A stretch of DNA of 50,215 nt from a virus (Duplodnaviria; Caudoviricetes): IMG/VR virus record IMGVR_UViG_3300017734_000011, positions 1-50,215 of that record; one strand, 5' to 3'. A program made the translations under genes and the position numbers. The notes beneath the pieces were generated by a model. That model did not search any database, was not told the DNA's origin, and saw only the letters and a program-made list of their open reading frames with translations. The number at the start of each line of letters is the position of its first letter. Positions within the stretch are counted from its first letter, which is position 1. This document shows positions 9,554-17,826 of this stretch, one piece after another.

Positions 9554-10014
9554 TGGATATCAAAGGCTTTTTAAGTAATTTAAAAATGAAAGCACCACAA
9601 GTTGATATTAGTGGTGGTCGCTCAGTAAATCAATTTGTAGTTAATTTGCCAACTAGCACACCTAACATTACAGAAATAAAAAACAGAGCTAGTGGTAGTG
9701 TGGATTTAAATTTTGAAGCACCCTCAATGGTAGAAGGTCAGCCAACTGTATTTGGCATGGGTGGTAGTGGTAATTTTATGGAAGGGCAAGTTAAGTTTCC
9801 AGAAGAACTACAAGTTTATGGTGCTCCTGAAAGTCAACAGTTTGGGCAAGGATTAACAGTGGATCAGATAAGGGCGTATTTAGGTATACCAATTACAGAA
9901 AACACAAGTTTAAATATACAAGGTCAAATAAACCCATACTACTTTGATCCTGTGGATGGAACACCACTTGGAAAAGAGAAGAATATTGGGGCAAACATAG
10001 AGTATAGGTTCTAA
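9553..10014 (+). CDS. hypothetical beta-rich protein ending in a beta-barrel-like signal
   Basis: Alternating Gly/hydrophobic strands; C-terminus IGANIEYRF. Confidence 0.7.
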   Translation: MDIKGFLSNLKMKAPQVDISGGRSVNQFVVNLPTSTPNITEIKNRASGSVDLNFEAPSMVEGQPTVFGMGGSGNFMEGQVKFPEELQVYGAPESQQFGQGLTVDQIRAYLGIPITENTSLNIQGQINPYYFDPVDGTPLGKEKNIGANIEYRF

Positions 10015-12690
10015 ATGGCTGAGACTGAGCTAGATAGATTTTTTAGAGAAAACAGAATTAAGGAAGCACAAAGCGTAGAGCCAAGTGTTTTTGAAAATCC
10101 TCAGTATGCTTCTATGATATACAATTCTAATGTGCCTCTAAATCAATTAGAAAAGAATATACAACAATCTCAAGGGGCTACATTAGAGCCATACAATCCT
10201 ACCATGAGAGAAAACATAAAGTATGGCATTAGAGACCTTTTAACATACTTAGGCACACCAGAGGGCACAGCAAGCAATGTGGCTAGAGGTTTTATGGGAA
10301 ACCCTAATGCTGAAGCATTTAGTAAGTCAGTAGGTTTGTTAGACGTTGCACCTATAGTAAACATACCATTCTATTTACAAGAAGCTGGAAGAGGATTTCA
10401 GAGGGCACAAAAAGGAACTGATTATATAGCTCCAGCTATAGAAGGTGGTGCTGCTATATTAGAAGGTGCACTAGTAACAAAACCTTTAGCAAAAAAACTT
10501 AAGGGCTTCTCACAATCACTATCGAAAAAGCTTAGAGGCGATACAGATGTATCAACACCAATCGTAGGAACATTACCTCTTAAATCTGAACCTAAAATGT
10601 TAGCAAGTACAAGAAGAATGCCACCAGGTGGTGGTAATGTTATGACAAACCCAAGAAAGTTAGATGAGTTAGGTTTTTTCTATAAATCAGAAGAAGTTGC
10701 TAACAAAATGAAACAAAACAAAGGTAGTGGAGCTGACTTTAAAAAATATTTTCAGAATCAAGGCGTAACTGAAGCCGAGTTAGCTGATACTGGTCTTGAT
10801 GATCTGTTTAAGGTTACAAGCAGACCTATTACAAAAAAGGACATATTACTTAAAATTAGAATGAATAAACTGCAATTATATGAGGATGTTTACCAAGACA
10901 ATCCAGTTGCAGAAGGTTCAAGCCTTATATTTGAGAATATAGCTGACAAAATATCAGAAACACCTTCATATAATAAATTTAGCAATTATGAAATAGATCA
11001 GCTAAATAGAGGTCTAAAAGTATCAGACGAAACACGAGCAGAAACAGAGCTAGTAAATCCTTCAAAAGTTTTGGAAGACACAAAGACAGGATACAGAATA
11101 GTTTATGATGATGAGAGCAACAGCTTTCTTAGTTTTGATAAAGATGCTGATATCTTCGATATTTCCCAATCAGAACAATATAAAATGTTGAGTGATTATG
11201 GCGATGATATGGATGCATTTAGATTTAACGAAATAGCTACTCCAGGCAACATAAACGAATCCATAGTTCAGACAGAAAGTTTTGCTATACAAAATGGCGA
11301 TTATATTGCTAAAGATGCTAGATTTTCAGAGAGCACACAACAAGGTGGCTCTAATTACAGAGAGTTTGTAATAGGTAAGCAATCAAATAACCCAACTTCA
11401 GCAAGATTAGGTGAGTATAGCGATATCGATGATTACCAAAATCCAACTCACTTTCCAAACTATAATCCAATTGTTCACCTTCGTACAAAGGATAGAACAT
11501 TAGAAGATGGAAGCAAAACTCTATATGTAGAAGAATTTCAATCAGATAGAGGTCAGGCAGGAAGACAAAGAGGCTTCGCACCAGGCACTAAATCATATGA
11601 GAAAAATAAACAAAAGTTCGATGAAGTAGATGACGAGTTATTTGGATTAAGAAATTTAAAAATCAAATTAACTGCACCAGAACAAGAGCTTTTGTATTCA
11701 CTGAAGAACCCAGGCAGACCACCAATTAGAGTGCCATTACGAGAAGATGTTTCTGGATTAATGGCTGAAAAATACAATCAAGGTGCAAAAATGCCTGAAA
11801 ACGTATTTGATTACGAAAATAGCAGAATGCCTGATGAATATAAGACTATGACTATGGCTGACTACATAGATTTTGTGAACAGTAATAATTTAGAAGATTC
11901 TATAACAACTTCTTTAGAGCCACTTAAAGCTTTGAGAAAAGCTGGATTTGTAGTTGAGCCTTTTGAAAAAATGCCAAAAGAACTTCAAAGGGATATAGTT
12001 GGCACATTCGTAAGATATACATCACCTAGTAAATATGATTTAAGAGGTAACAATCAATTTTCAGATGCAAAGACATTCGAAGCCTATGCAGACGATTTGA
12101 TAGCAAGAAGATATAGGCTTGACACTAAATTATCTGGCAATATTCCTGGTGGAGATGTGGTTGAAACCACTGAGGGATGGACTAAATTTGGTATAAAAAG
12201 ACTATTGCAGAGAGCAGTTCTAGAAGGTCATGACAGTGTTTCATTCTCACCTGGACAAGTCCAAGTTGATAGATGGGGTAATGAAGGACTACTTGAGCAC
12301 TATGAAGATAAAATACCATCTATGGCGAAGAAGGTTGCAGGAAAAGAAAATGTCAGCAAACAAATTGTAGAAATAAGACCAAAAAATTTACATACAGTCG
12401 TAATGCTAAGGGGTAGTTCACCATTAGATAGAGTGTATCAAGTTAAAGAGGTTGGCACTGATCTACCAGTTGCATCATTTAGAACTTTAGAGCAAGCTCA
12501 AAATAACGCTGATTTTAGAAACGCTACTCAAAAACAATCATCATGGACAATAAAAATTACGCCAGAATTAAAAGAAAAAGTTCTTAAGGGATTATCTCTA
12601 TTTACTATGGGTGCAGGAACTGCAATAGGATTAGAGGAGCAGTTAGGGGCACTAAGCAATATGCCTAGTACCCAAGCTAATGCTACCTAG
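10015..12690 (+). CDS. large polyvalent-type putative virion/ejection protein
   Basis: 891 aa; NYRE...THF...VHLRTKDR...LYVEEFQSD motif set; C-terminal hydrophobic tail with QLGALSNM. Confidence 0.7.
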   Translation: MAETELDRFFRENRIKEAQSVEPSVFENPQYASMIYNSNVPLNQLEKNIQQSQGATLEPYNPTMRENIKYGIRDLLTYLGTPEGTASNVARGFMGNPNAEAFSKSVGLLDVAPIVNIPFYLQEAGRGFQRAQKGTDYIAPAIEGGAAILEGALVTKPLAKKLKGFSQSLSKKLRGDTDVSTPIVGTLPLKSEPKMLASTRRMPPGGGNVMTNPRKLDELGFFYKSEEVANKMKQNKGSGADFKKYFQNQGVTEAELADTGLDDLFKVTSRPITKKDILLKIRMNKLQLYEDVYQDNPVAEGSSLIFENIADKISETPSYNKFSNYEIDQLNRGLKVSDETRAETELVNPSKVLEDTKTGYRIVYDDESNSFLSFDKDADIFDISQSEQYKMLSDYGDDMDAFRFNEIATPGNINESIVQTESFAIQNGDYIAKDARFSESTQQGGSNYREFVIGKQSNNPTSARLGEYSDIDDYQNPTHFPNYNPIVHLRTKDRTLEDGSKTLYVEEFQSDRGQAGRQRGFAPGTKSYEKNKQKFDEVDDELFGLRNLKIKLTAPEQELLYSLKNPGRPPIRVPLREDVSGLMAEKYNQGAKMPENVFDYENSRMPDEYKTMTMADYIDFVNSNNLEDSITTSLEPLKALRKAGFVVEPFEKMPKELQRDIVGTFVRYTSPSKYDLRGNNQFSDAKTFEAYADDLIARRYRLDTKLSGNIPGGDVVETTEGWTKFGIKRLLQRAVLEGHDSVSFSPGQVQVDRWGNEGLLEHYEDKIPSMAKKVAGKENVSKQIVEIRPKNLHTVVMLRGSSPLDRVYQVKEVGTDLPVASFRTLEQAQNNADFRNATQKQSSWTIKITPELKEKVLKGLSLFTMGAGTAIGLEEQLGALSNMPSTQANAT

Positions 12691-12818
12691 TTTAAACTCA
12701 CTAAAGTACCTACAAGCGTTCCTAGCCATATAGCCTTATCAACATGCATATTATTTAATTTGTAAGAACAAGAACTTAGTGATAATAAAAGCAAAATTGT
12801 AATTACAAAACTTTTCAT
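12687..12818 (-). CDS. small lipoprotein (43 aa, not in ORF track)
   Basis: MKSFVITILLLLSLSSCSYK...: basic N-terminus, hydrophobic core, lipobox LSSC; ATGA overlap with upstream gene. Confidence 0.65.
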   Translation of the reverse strand: MKSFVITILLLLSLSSCSYKLNNMHVDKAIWLGTLVGTLVSLN

Positions 12819-13030
12819 TTAATTCTAGCCTTTCTTAATAATTGTGCACAAATAACTCTGTTAAAGTTATGTCTATTAATTAAGTATTTATGCAAAGCCT
12901 TAATATTAGTCTTAGCTCTAATACAAAGAAGATACCCGTAATAAAACCTATGGGCATCCTTGGAGATATAAGCGTCACCTATGCATTGAAATACTGAGGT
13001 GTATCCTTTTATCATACTCATCATTGTCAT
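12815..13030 (-). CDS. hypothetical protein
   Basis: 71 aa, overlapping start/stop with neighbours. Confidence 0.6.
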   Translation of the reverse strand: MTMMSMIKGYTSVFQCIGDAYISKDAHRFYYGYLLCIRAKTNIKALHKYLINRHNFNRVICAQLLRKARIK

Positions 13031-13500
13031 GCCTCTACCTTCTCGTAATAAGCGTTAATAGTCCTAATAGCCTTGACGCCTTCCCAATATGAGTATCTAG
13101 TATCCCAAGTATCGTAAACAATGCCATCTTTCATAGTCATCATATGATTATTTATGCAGACAATAATGTTCTTGAGCTTACTCAATTGGTCAAGTCTTGT
13201 CCTTTCTTTAGAACCAAACTTAATTAATGGCACATATCGATAGCCTTTTCCAAGAATATAATCATGATACACCTTCTTAAAATTACCATTTCTAGGTGTG
13301 GCACTTTTCATCTTCTTAGATACTTTGTTATTTCGTGACTTCTTATAGGCTTTGTTGAGTTGGTATAACTCGTCATAAATAACCTTATAGTCAGTATTGG
13401 TTGAGATGGAGATTGCCCTTACGACACAATCCCCAGCTTCACCTTTAAAGTATTTTGATCTACCACCATCGTGGTATCTGTAATCTACATCCATTAGCAA
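13027..13500 (-). CDS. conserved phage hypothetical (GDCVVRAI...H...DTWD; possible Cys-His-Asp papain-like fold)
   Basis: DGGR, GDCVVRAIS and DGIVYDTWD motifs. Confidence 0.75.
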   Translation of the reverse strand: MLMDVDYRYHDGGRSKYFKGEAGDCVVRAISISTNTDYKVIYDELYQLNKAYKKSRNNKVSKKMKSATPRNGNFKKVYHDYILGKGYRYVPLIKFGSKERTRLDQLSKLKNIIVCINNHMMTMKDGIVYDTWDTRYSYWEGVKAIRTINAYYEKVEA

Positions 13501-13727
13501 CCCTCCCTATATTGTGACCAATACTCTTCCCAAGCCCAATGGCAAACATCACTAATCATGTCGTCATATGCACCTACGATAAATTGACCATTACCAAGTT
13601 TTTTAATTTTATTACAAGTTATATCAAATAACTCAGTAACATTCTCTGATTCTGAAACCATATTAACAGTTATGTTGTTTACGATAGTTTCTTCAATATC
13701 CATTAGAAAGTTTTTGTATTTACTCAT
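13494..13727 (-). CDS. hypothetical early protein
   Basis: First gene after a - strand promoter with AAGGA SD. Confidence 0.75.
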   Translation of the reverse strand: MSKYKNFLMDIEETIVNNITVNMVSESENVTELFDITCNKIKKLGNGQFIVGAYDDMISDVCHWAWEEYWSQYREGC

Positions 13728-13793
13728 TTTGTTTTTCCTTATTTAGTTGTTCGTTGAAATGATTCTATCATATACAAAAAGCAATGTCAACCC
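13728..13793 (-). promoter_or_regulatory. sigma70-type promoter plus conserved leader (copy 1)
   Basis: On - strand: GGG-TTGACA-17 nt-TAGAAT, then AACGAACAACTAAAT and AAGGA SD. Confidence 0.75.
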
Positions 13794-13825
13794 ATAAAAA
13801 ATGTTAAATAAACCCAAATTAGATG

Positions 13826-13897
13826 TTGACATATGTATTTACATTTGCTATAACAATTAAATAGACGAAAAACGATTAACAAAATTTGGAGTAAAAA
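13826..13897 (+). promoter_or_regulatory. sigma70-type promoter plus conserved leader (copy 2)
   Basis: TTGACA(13826)-17 nt-TATAAC(13849); ATGTA-TT-TACAT dyad in spacer; AACGATTAACAAAAT at 13871; GGAG SD. Confidence 0.8.
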
Positions 13898-14023
13898 ATG
13901 AAAGTTAAAGATAGAAAGTCAAAAGTACACTCAACAAGTAGAGGTTGGGAAAAAGCTTTAAAGAAAAGAGGTAATAAAAAGCAAAGACAATTCGACAAGA
14001 AACTTTCAAAAGGAGGATATTAA
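13898..14023 (+). CDS. small basic protein (41 aa, not in ORF track)
   Basis: MKVKDRKSKVHSTSRGWEKALKKRGNKKQRQFDKKLSKGGY after promoter and SD. Confidence 0.7.
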   Translation: MKVKDRKSKVHSTSRGWEKALKKRGNKKQRQFDKKLSKGGY

Positions 14024-14024
14024 T

Positions 14025-14174
14025 ATGGAAGAAGTACAAGCTTTAGTTCACATAACTAATTTAATAGAAGATAAAGGTGTAGAAAAGTGCACACCAAAAA
14101 CTCAAGAGGCGTATGAGATTTTAAAAGAATTAGCACATAAATTAGAAACTGAATATGTAATTTACAGACCATAA
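14025..14174 (+). CDS. hypothetical protein (49 aa, not in ORF track)
   Basis: AAGGAGG SD; MEEVQALVHITNLIEDKG... Confidence 0.7.
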   Translation: MEEVQALVHITNLIEDKGVEKCTPKTQEAYEILKELAHKLETEYVIYRP

Positions 14175-14221
14175 GAAAGTTAATACACTATAAGATAATC
14201 TAATAGACTGGGAGGTTTATT

Positions 14222-14698
14222 ATGAAGATACTTTTGACGCTAACACTGTTAGCAGTGGTCACTATGTTCGCTCATAACTGCCGCAGTGATGAGGTAAACT
14301 GTTTAGCCCTTAATATATACCACGAAGCACGAAATCAGCCTACAGTGGGCAAATTAGCAGTAGCAATGGTGACTTTAAATAGAGTAAAAGACGAAAGGTT
14401 TCCAAACACTGTATGTGGCGTAGTTTTCCAGGGTCATTATAAGAATAATCAGCCAATTAAACACAAATGTCAGTTTAGTTGGTGGTGCGATGGCAAATCA
14501 GACAAGCCAAAAGATTTGCAATCTTGGGAATATTCGTTACAGTTGGCTAAGTCTATACATGAAGGGCATTTAGATAATATAGATTTAGTAAAAGATGCCA
14601 CACATTATCATGCAATTTATGTTAGACCTTATTGGGTTAACGCCAAACGTAAGATAAGGATAATTGCTGATCATGTCTTCTACAGTTGGGAAAAATAA
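14222..14698 (+). CDS. cell wall hydrolase, SleB/Hydrolase_2 family
   Basis: Signal peptide; CLALNIYHEARNQ, VTLNRV, CQFSWWCDGKSD, ATHYHA, HVFY. Confidence 0.92.
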   Translation: MKILLTLTLLAVVTMFAHNCRSDEVNCLALNIYHEARNQPTVGKLAVAMVTLNRVKDERFPNTVCGVVFQGHYKNNQPIKHKCQFSWWCDGKSDKPKDLQSWEYSLQLAKSIHEGHLDNIDLVKDATHYHAIYVRPYWVNAKRKIRIIADHVFYSWEK

Positions 14699-14990
14699 TT
14701 TTGATTTTTGCAAACGATGTGGAACTAGATTAAAACAAGTACAAAAGAGATATGCCGCTAGGTGTTGCTCAGAATGTCTTGTTGCTGAAAATAGACCAAA
14801 CTATGAATATTCTATGGCATGTAGAGAGGCTATGAACGCTGATAGCGATGAATCAGATGGGGGAAACGTATTTGAGGATGACCCAAAAGCAGTCAATGAA
14901 ATAGAGTATGGCAAAGTTACAAAACAGTCAGTAGGTTATGTATATACAGAAAGCCCCATGGCTGAACCAATTGTAGATATAAAAAAATAA
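14673..14990 (+). CDS. hypothetical protein with CxxC...CxxC zinc ribbon
   Basis: CKRC and CSEC; acidic FEDDP tail. Confidence 0.65.
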   Translation: MSSTVGKNNFDFCKRCGTRLKQVQKRYAARCCSECLVAENRPNYEYSMACREAMNADSDESDGGNVFEDDPKAVNEIEYGKVTKQSVGYVYTESPMAEPIVDIKK

Positions 14991-15028
14991 TATTTGGCTT
15001 TTAGTTCATATCAGTTATTATGGATGGC

Positions 15029-15142
15029 ATGAATAGAGCATCATTTCCATCACTAATGACGAAAGGAAACAAAAAAATGTATGGCAAAAAAACTAAGAAA
15101 AAAGTTGTTAAGAAAAAAGGTAAGAAGTATGGAAAAAAGTAA
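15029..15142 (+). CDS. small Lys-rich protein (37 aa, not in ORF track)
   Basis: MNRASFPSLMTKGNKKMYGKKTKKKVVKKKGKKYGKK. Confidence 0.6.
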   Translation: MNRASFPSLMTKGNKKMYGKKTKKKVVKKKGKKYGKK

Positions 15143-15275
15143 AGATGTAGAGATTTTAGTTACTGGCGTCTCTATGTCTGGAGAGGTTAAACTAAATGAA
15201 CACAATAGAACTACTGAAGAGAATAAAGAACAATCTACGAGAACAGAAATCTGCGATAGCAGAGAAGATGATTGA
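15129..15275 (+). CDS. hypothetical protein (overlaps next gene)
   Basis: MEKSKDVEILVTGVSMSGEVK...; start uncertain. Confidence 0.45.
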   Translation: MEKSKDVEILVTGVSMSGEVKLNEHNRTTEENKEQSTRTEICDSREDD

Positions 15276-15393
15276 AGGTAGAGAAACAGACTTTCATTCA
15301 TATCAAAAAGACGTTGGTATAGCCCAAGGACTTGAAGAAGCTTGTGTTATAATCGACAAAACATTAACTGACTTAGATCAAGGAGATGAATAA
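15196..15393 (+). CDS. hypothetical helical protein preceding GroES
   Basis: GGAGAGG SD; YQKDVGIAQGL motif. Confidence 0.8.
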   Translation: MNTIELLKRIKNNLREQKSAIAEKMIEGRETDFHSYQKDVGIAQGLEEACVIIDKTLTDLDQGDE

Positions 15394-15395
15394 AC

Positions 15396-15803
15396 ATGTC
15401 TCATCAACATGACGTAGCGAAGCTATATACCGATGAAGAGTCAAAGGCTACAATCGGTTCCCACCAACTTCCAACACCTATGGGTTGGAAAATTCTAATA
15501 CAACCAAACCAAGCCAAACAAAAAACTAAAAGTGGCATAATACTTCCAGAAAAAGCAAAAGAGAACGAAGCATATCTTACTGCTCATGGAACAGTTGCAG
15601 CTATTGGTGAGCTTGCTTACAGAGAAAGAGAAAGTGGAGCAAGTTGGCGTATCTATAATAAGCCAAAGGTAGGTGATAAGGTCACATATGGTAAATATGC
15701 TGGACAAAAACTTACAATCAATGGCGTTAGATTTCTTTTATTAAACGATGATGAAGTTACAAGCATTCTGCCTGAAGGCGTTGATGTAACTGCATATATA
15801 TAA
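15396..15803 (+). CDS. groES: co-chaperonin GroES (Cpn10)-like
   Basis: LPTPMGWKILI, KTKSGIILP, KVGDKVTYGKYAG, LLNDDEV. Confidence 0.9.
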   Translation: MSHQHDVAKLYTDEESKATIGSHQLPTPMGWKILIQPNQAKQKTKSGIILPEKAKENEAYLTAHGTVAAIGELAYRERESGASWRIYNKPKVGDKVTYGKYAGQKLTINGVRFLLLNDDEVTSILPEGVDVTAYI

Positions 15804-15815
15804 TAGGAGGTTGTA

Positions 15816-16751
15816 ATGGAAGAAAAAAACAGTGCAATCGAAGAGATTGAAAAAGAAATAGAAGAGACTAGGCGTAAGGCTCAGTCAGATGACTTCGAAA
15901 TAGAGATAGCTGAGGAAAAAGAAAATAAAGCTGAAGCTAAATCTGAAGAGAACTCTGAAGAGGTCGAGGAAGTCTCTGAAACTAAAGAAGAGAAAGACAG
16001 AAAGTATAGTGAAGCAGTACAAGCTAGGCTAAACAAAATGTCTGCTCAAAGGCGTCAAGCTGAAACAGAAGCTAAGAAGTATCAAGAAGAAGTCGCTCAA
16101 TTACAAGCTAGGTTAGCTAGATTGGAAAACACAAATGTTGAGCAACAAACTGCTAGAGCACAAAGTGAGTTTGAAAATCGTTACCAACTTACTAAACAAG
16201 CTCTACATAAGGCAGTTGAAGAAGGCGATACTGATGCTCAAGTTAACTTCTCAGAACAATTAGCTGACATGAGAGCAGCTATGAGAGTTAGCGAAATGCA
16301 AAAACAACTAAGGCAACAACAACAAACACAATCGCCTACAGTTGGCAGAGCACAACAAGCTGCAGTTAATCCAGCACCCCCAAAAGCAATGAATTGGTGG
16401 CAACAAAACCAATGGTTTAATGCACAAGGATATGAGAGAGAAACAGCAGCGGCTAGAGCCATAGATGTACAACTCGACTTGGAAGGGTTCGACAAGAACT
16501 CAGACGACTATTATAGCCAATTAAATAGTCGTTTACAAAAGGTGTTTCCAGAGTTAGTATCAAGTAACGACCAAAGTACGAAGAGTAAGAGTAGAAAAAT
16601 AGTAACACCAACTACGGGTGGCTCATCGTATAGAGGTAACAGGGTTCGAATGACACAGGATCAGTTACGAATGGCTAGAGAGCTTGGAATAAATGATGAG
16701 GCAGGTTTGAAAAAATACGCTTCAGAAATTCAGAAAAGTCAAAGGAGTTAA
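15816..16751 (+). CDS. putative capsid scaffolding protein
   Basis: Acidic N-terminus, long coiled coil, position upstream of capsid genes. Confidence 0.7.
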   Translation: MEEKNSAIEEIEKEIEETRRKAQSDDFEIEIAEEKENKAEAKSEENSEEVEEVSETKEEKDRKYSEAVQARLNKMSAQRRQAETEAKKYQEEVAQLQARLARLENTNVEQQTARAQSEFENRYQLTKQALHKAVEEGDTDAQVNFSEQLADMRAAMRVSEMQKQLRQQQQTQSPTVGRAQQAAVNPAPPKAMNWWQQNQWFNAQGYERETAAARAIDVQLDLEGFDKNSDDYYSQLNSRLQKVFPELVSSNDQSTKSKSRKIVTPTTGGSSYRGNRVRMTQDQLRMARELGINDEAGLKKYASEIQKSQRS

Positions 16752-16753
16752 TC

Positions 16754-17236
16754 ATGGCTGAAAATAGAAATGTGAGAGCAAACGAAACCCGAACTGGTGT
16801 ACGAGACGAGGAGTCAAGACCTCAGACACATTGGACACCACCAGCATTGTTGGATGCACCAGAACCGAGACCTGGTTATGTTCAGCGATGGGTAGCTACC
16901 TCGATTCAGGGGAAGGACACACCTGATAACGTATTCAAGAGAATGCGAGAAGGGTGGGAAGCTCGCCCTGCTAGTACTGTGAAAAGTAAGTTGTTCCCAA
17001 CTATTAATCATGGACAGTGGGAAGGTTGTATTGGAATTGAAGGCATGTTGTTATGCGAAATGCCTATAGAGAAGCATAAGCAGATGAAAGCTTACTACTC
17101 TAATAGGAACGTAGAACAAAATGAATCTCTTGCAGGCGACCTCGATGCATTAGGGCAAAGAACTGGACAACGAATCTATCAAGAGAGGAAGAGTTCAGTT
17201 AGTGGTGGCAGACAATTGTCTGCTATGGAAGACTAA
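16754..17236 (+). CDS. conserved head-module hypothetical protein
   Basis: WTPPALLDAP, YVQRWV, REGWE, GMLLCEMP motifs. Confidence 0.75.
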   Translation: MAENRNVRANETRTGVRDEESRPQTHWTPPALLDAPEPRPGYVQRWVATSIQGKDTPDNVFKRMREGWEARPASTVKSKLFPTINHGQWEGCIGIEGMLLCEMPIEKHKQMKAYYSNRNVEQNESLAGDLDALGQRTGQRIYQERKSSVSGGRQLSAMED

Positions 17237-17257
17237 CTATTAACTAGGAGATAAAAA

Positions 17258-17812
17258 ATGGCAAATGTTGATGCTGCTTTTGGGTTTGTACCCGTACGTC
17301 ATCTTAGTGGTAATGGTTACTCTCGTGCAAATGTATATACAATTACTTCGGGTTTAGCTGAGAACATCTTTACTGGTGATCTCTGCATAATCACTGCAGA
17401 TGGTGTAGTAACACCTCATACTGCCACAGAAGTTAATAATATAGGCGTTTTCGCAGGAGTGTCATACACTGCTTCAGATGGCTCTTATGTTTATTCACAA
17501 TACTGGCCGTCAGGAACTGTAGCTACAGATATAAAAGCTTACGTTTATGATGATCCTTATACTGTGTTTAAAGTTCAATCTGCAGGAACTACTGCTCAGA
17601 CAAACATTGGTAACTGTGCTGATGTCGTGGCTGGTGCTGGTTCCACAACCACTGGACAATCTGGATTTGAAATATCAGGAACTATGGCGGCAGGTACTGC
17701 AACCGCTAAGATCATAGCTCTATATGATGCTCCAGACAATGCCTTTGGTGCGAATGCAATCATGGAAGTTCTTATCAATGAGCACTTGCTCAAAGATAGT
17801 GCTGGAATATAA
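17258..17812 (+). CDS. putative capsid decoration/cement protein
   Basis: MANVDAAFGF..., VYDDP motif, Ala/Thr/Gly-rich, directly upstream of the MCP. Confidence 0.7.
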   Translation: MANVDAAFGFVPVRHLSGNGYSRANVYTITSGLAENIFTGDLCIITADGVVTPHTATEVNNIGVFAGVSYTASDGSYVYSQYWPSGTVATDIKAYVYDDPYTVFKVQSAGTTAQTNIGNCADVVAGAGSTTTGQSGFEISGTMAAGTATAKIIALYDAPDNAFGANAIMEVLINEHLLKDSAGI

Positions 17813-17826
17813 GGGAGATTTAAACA

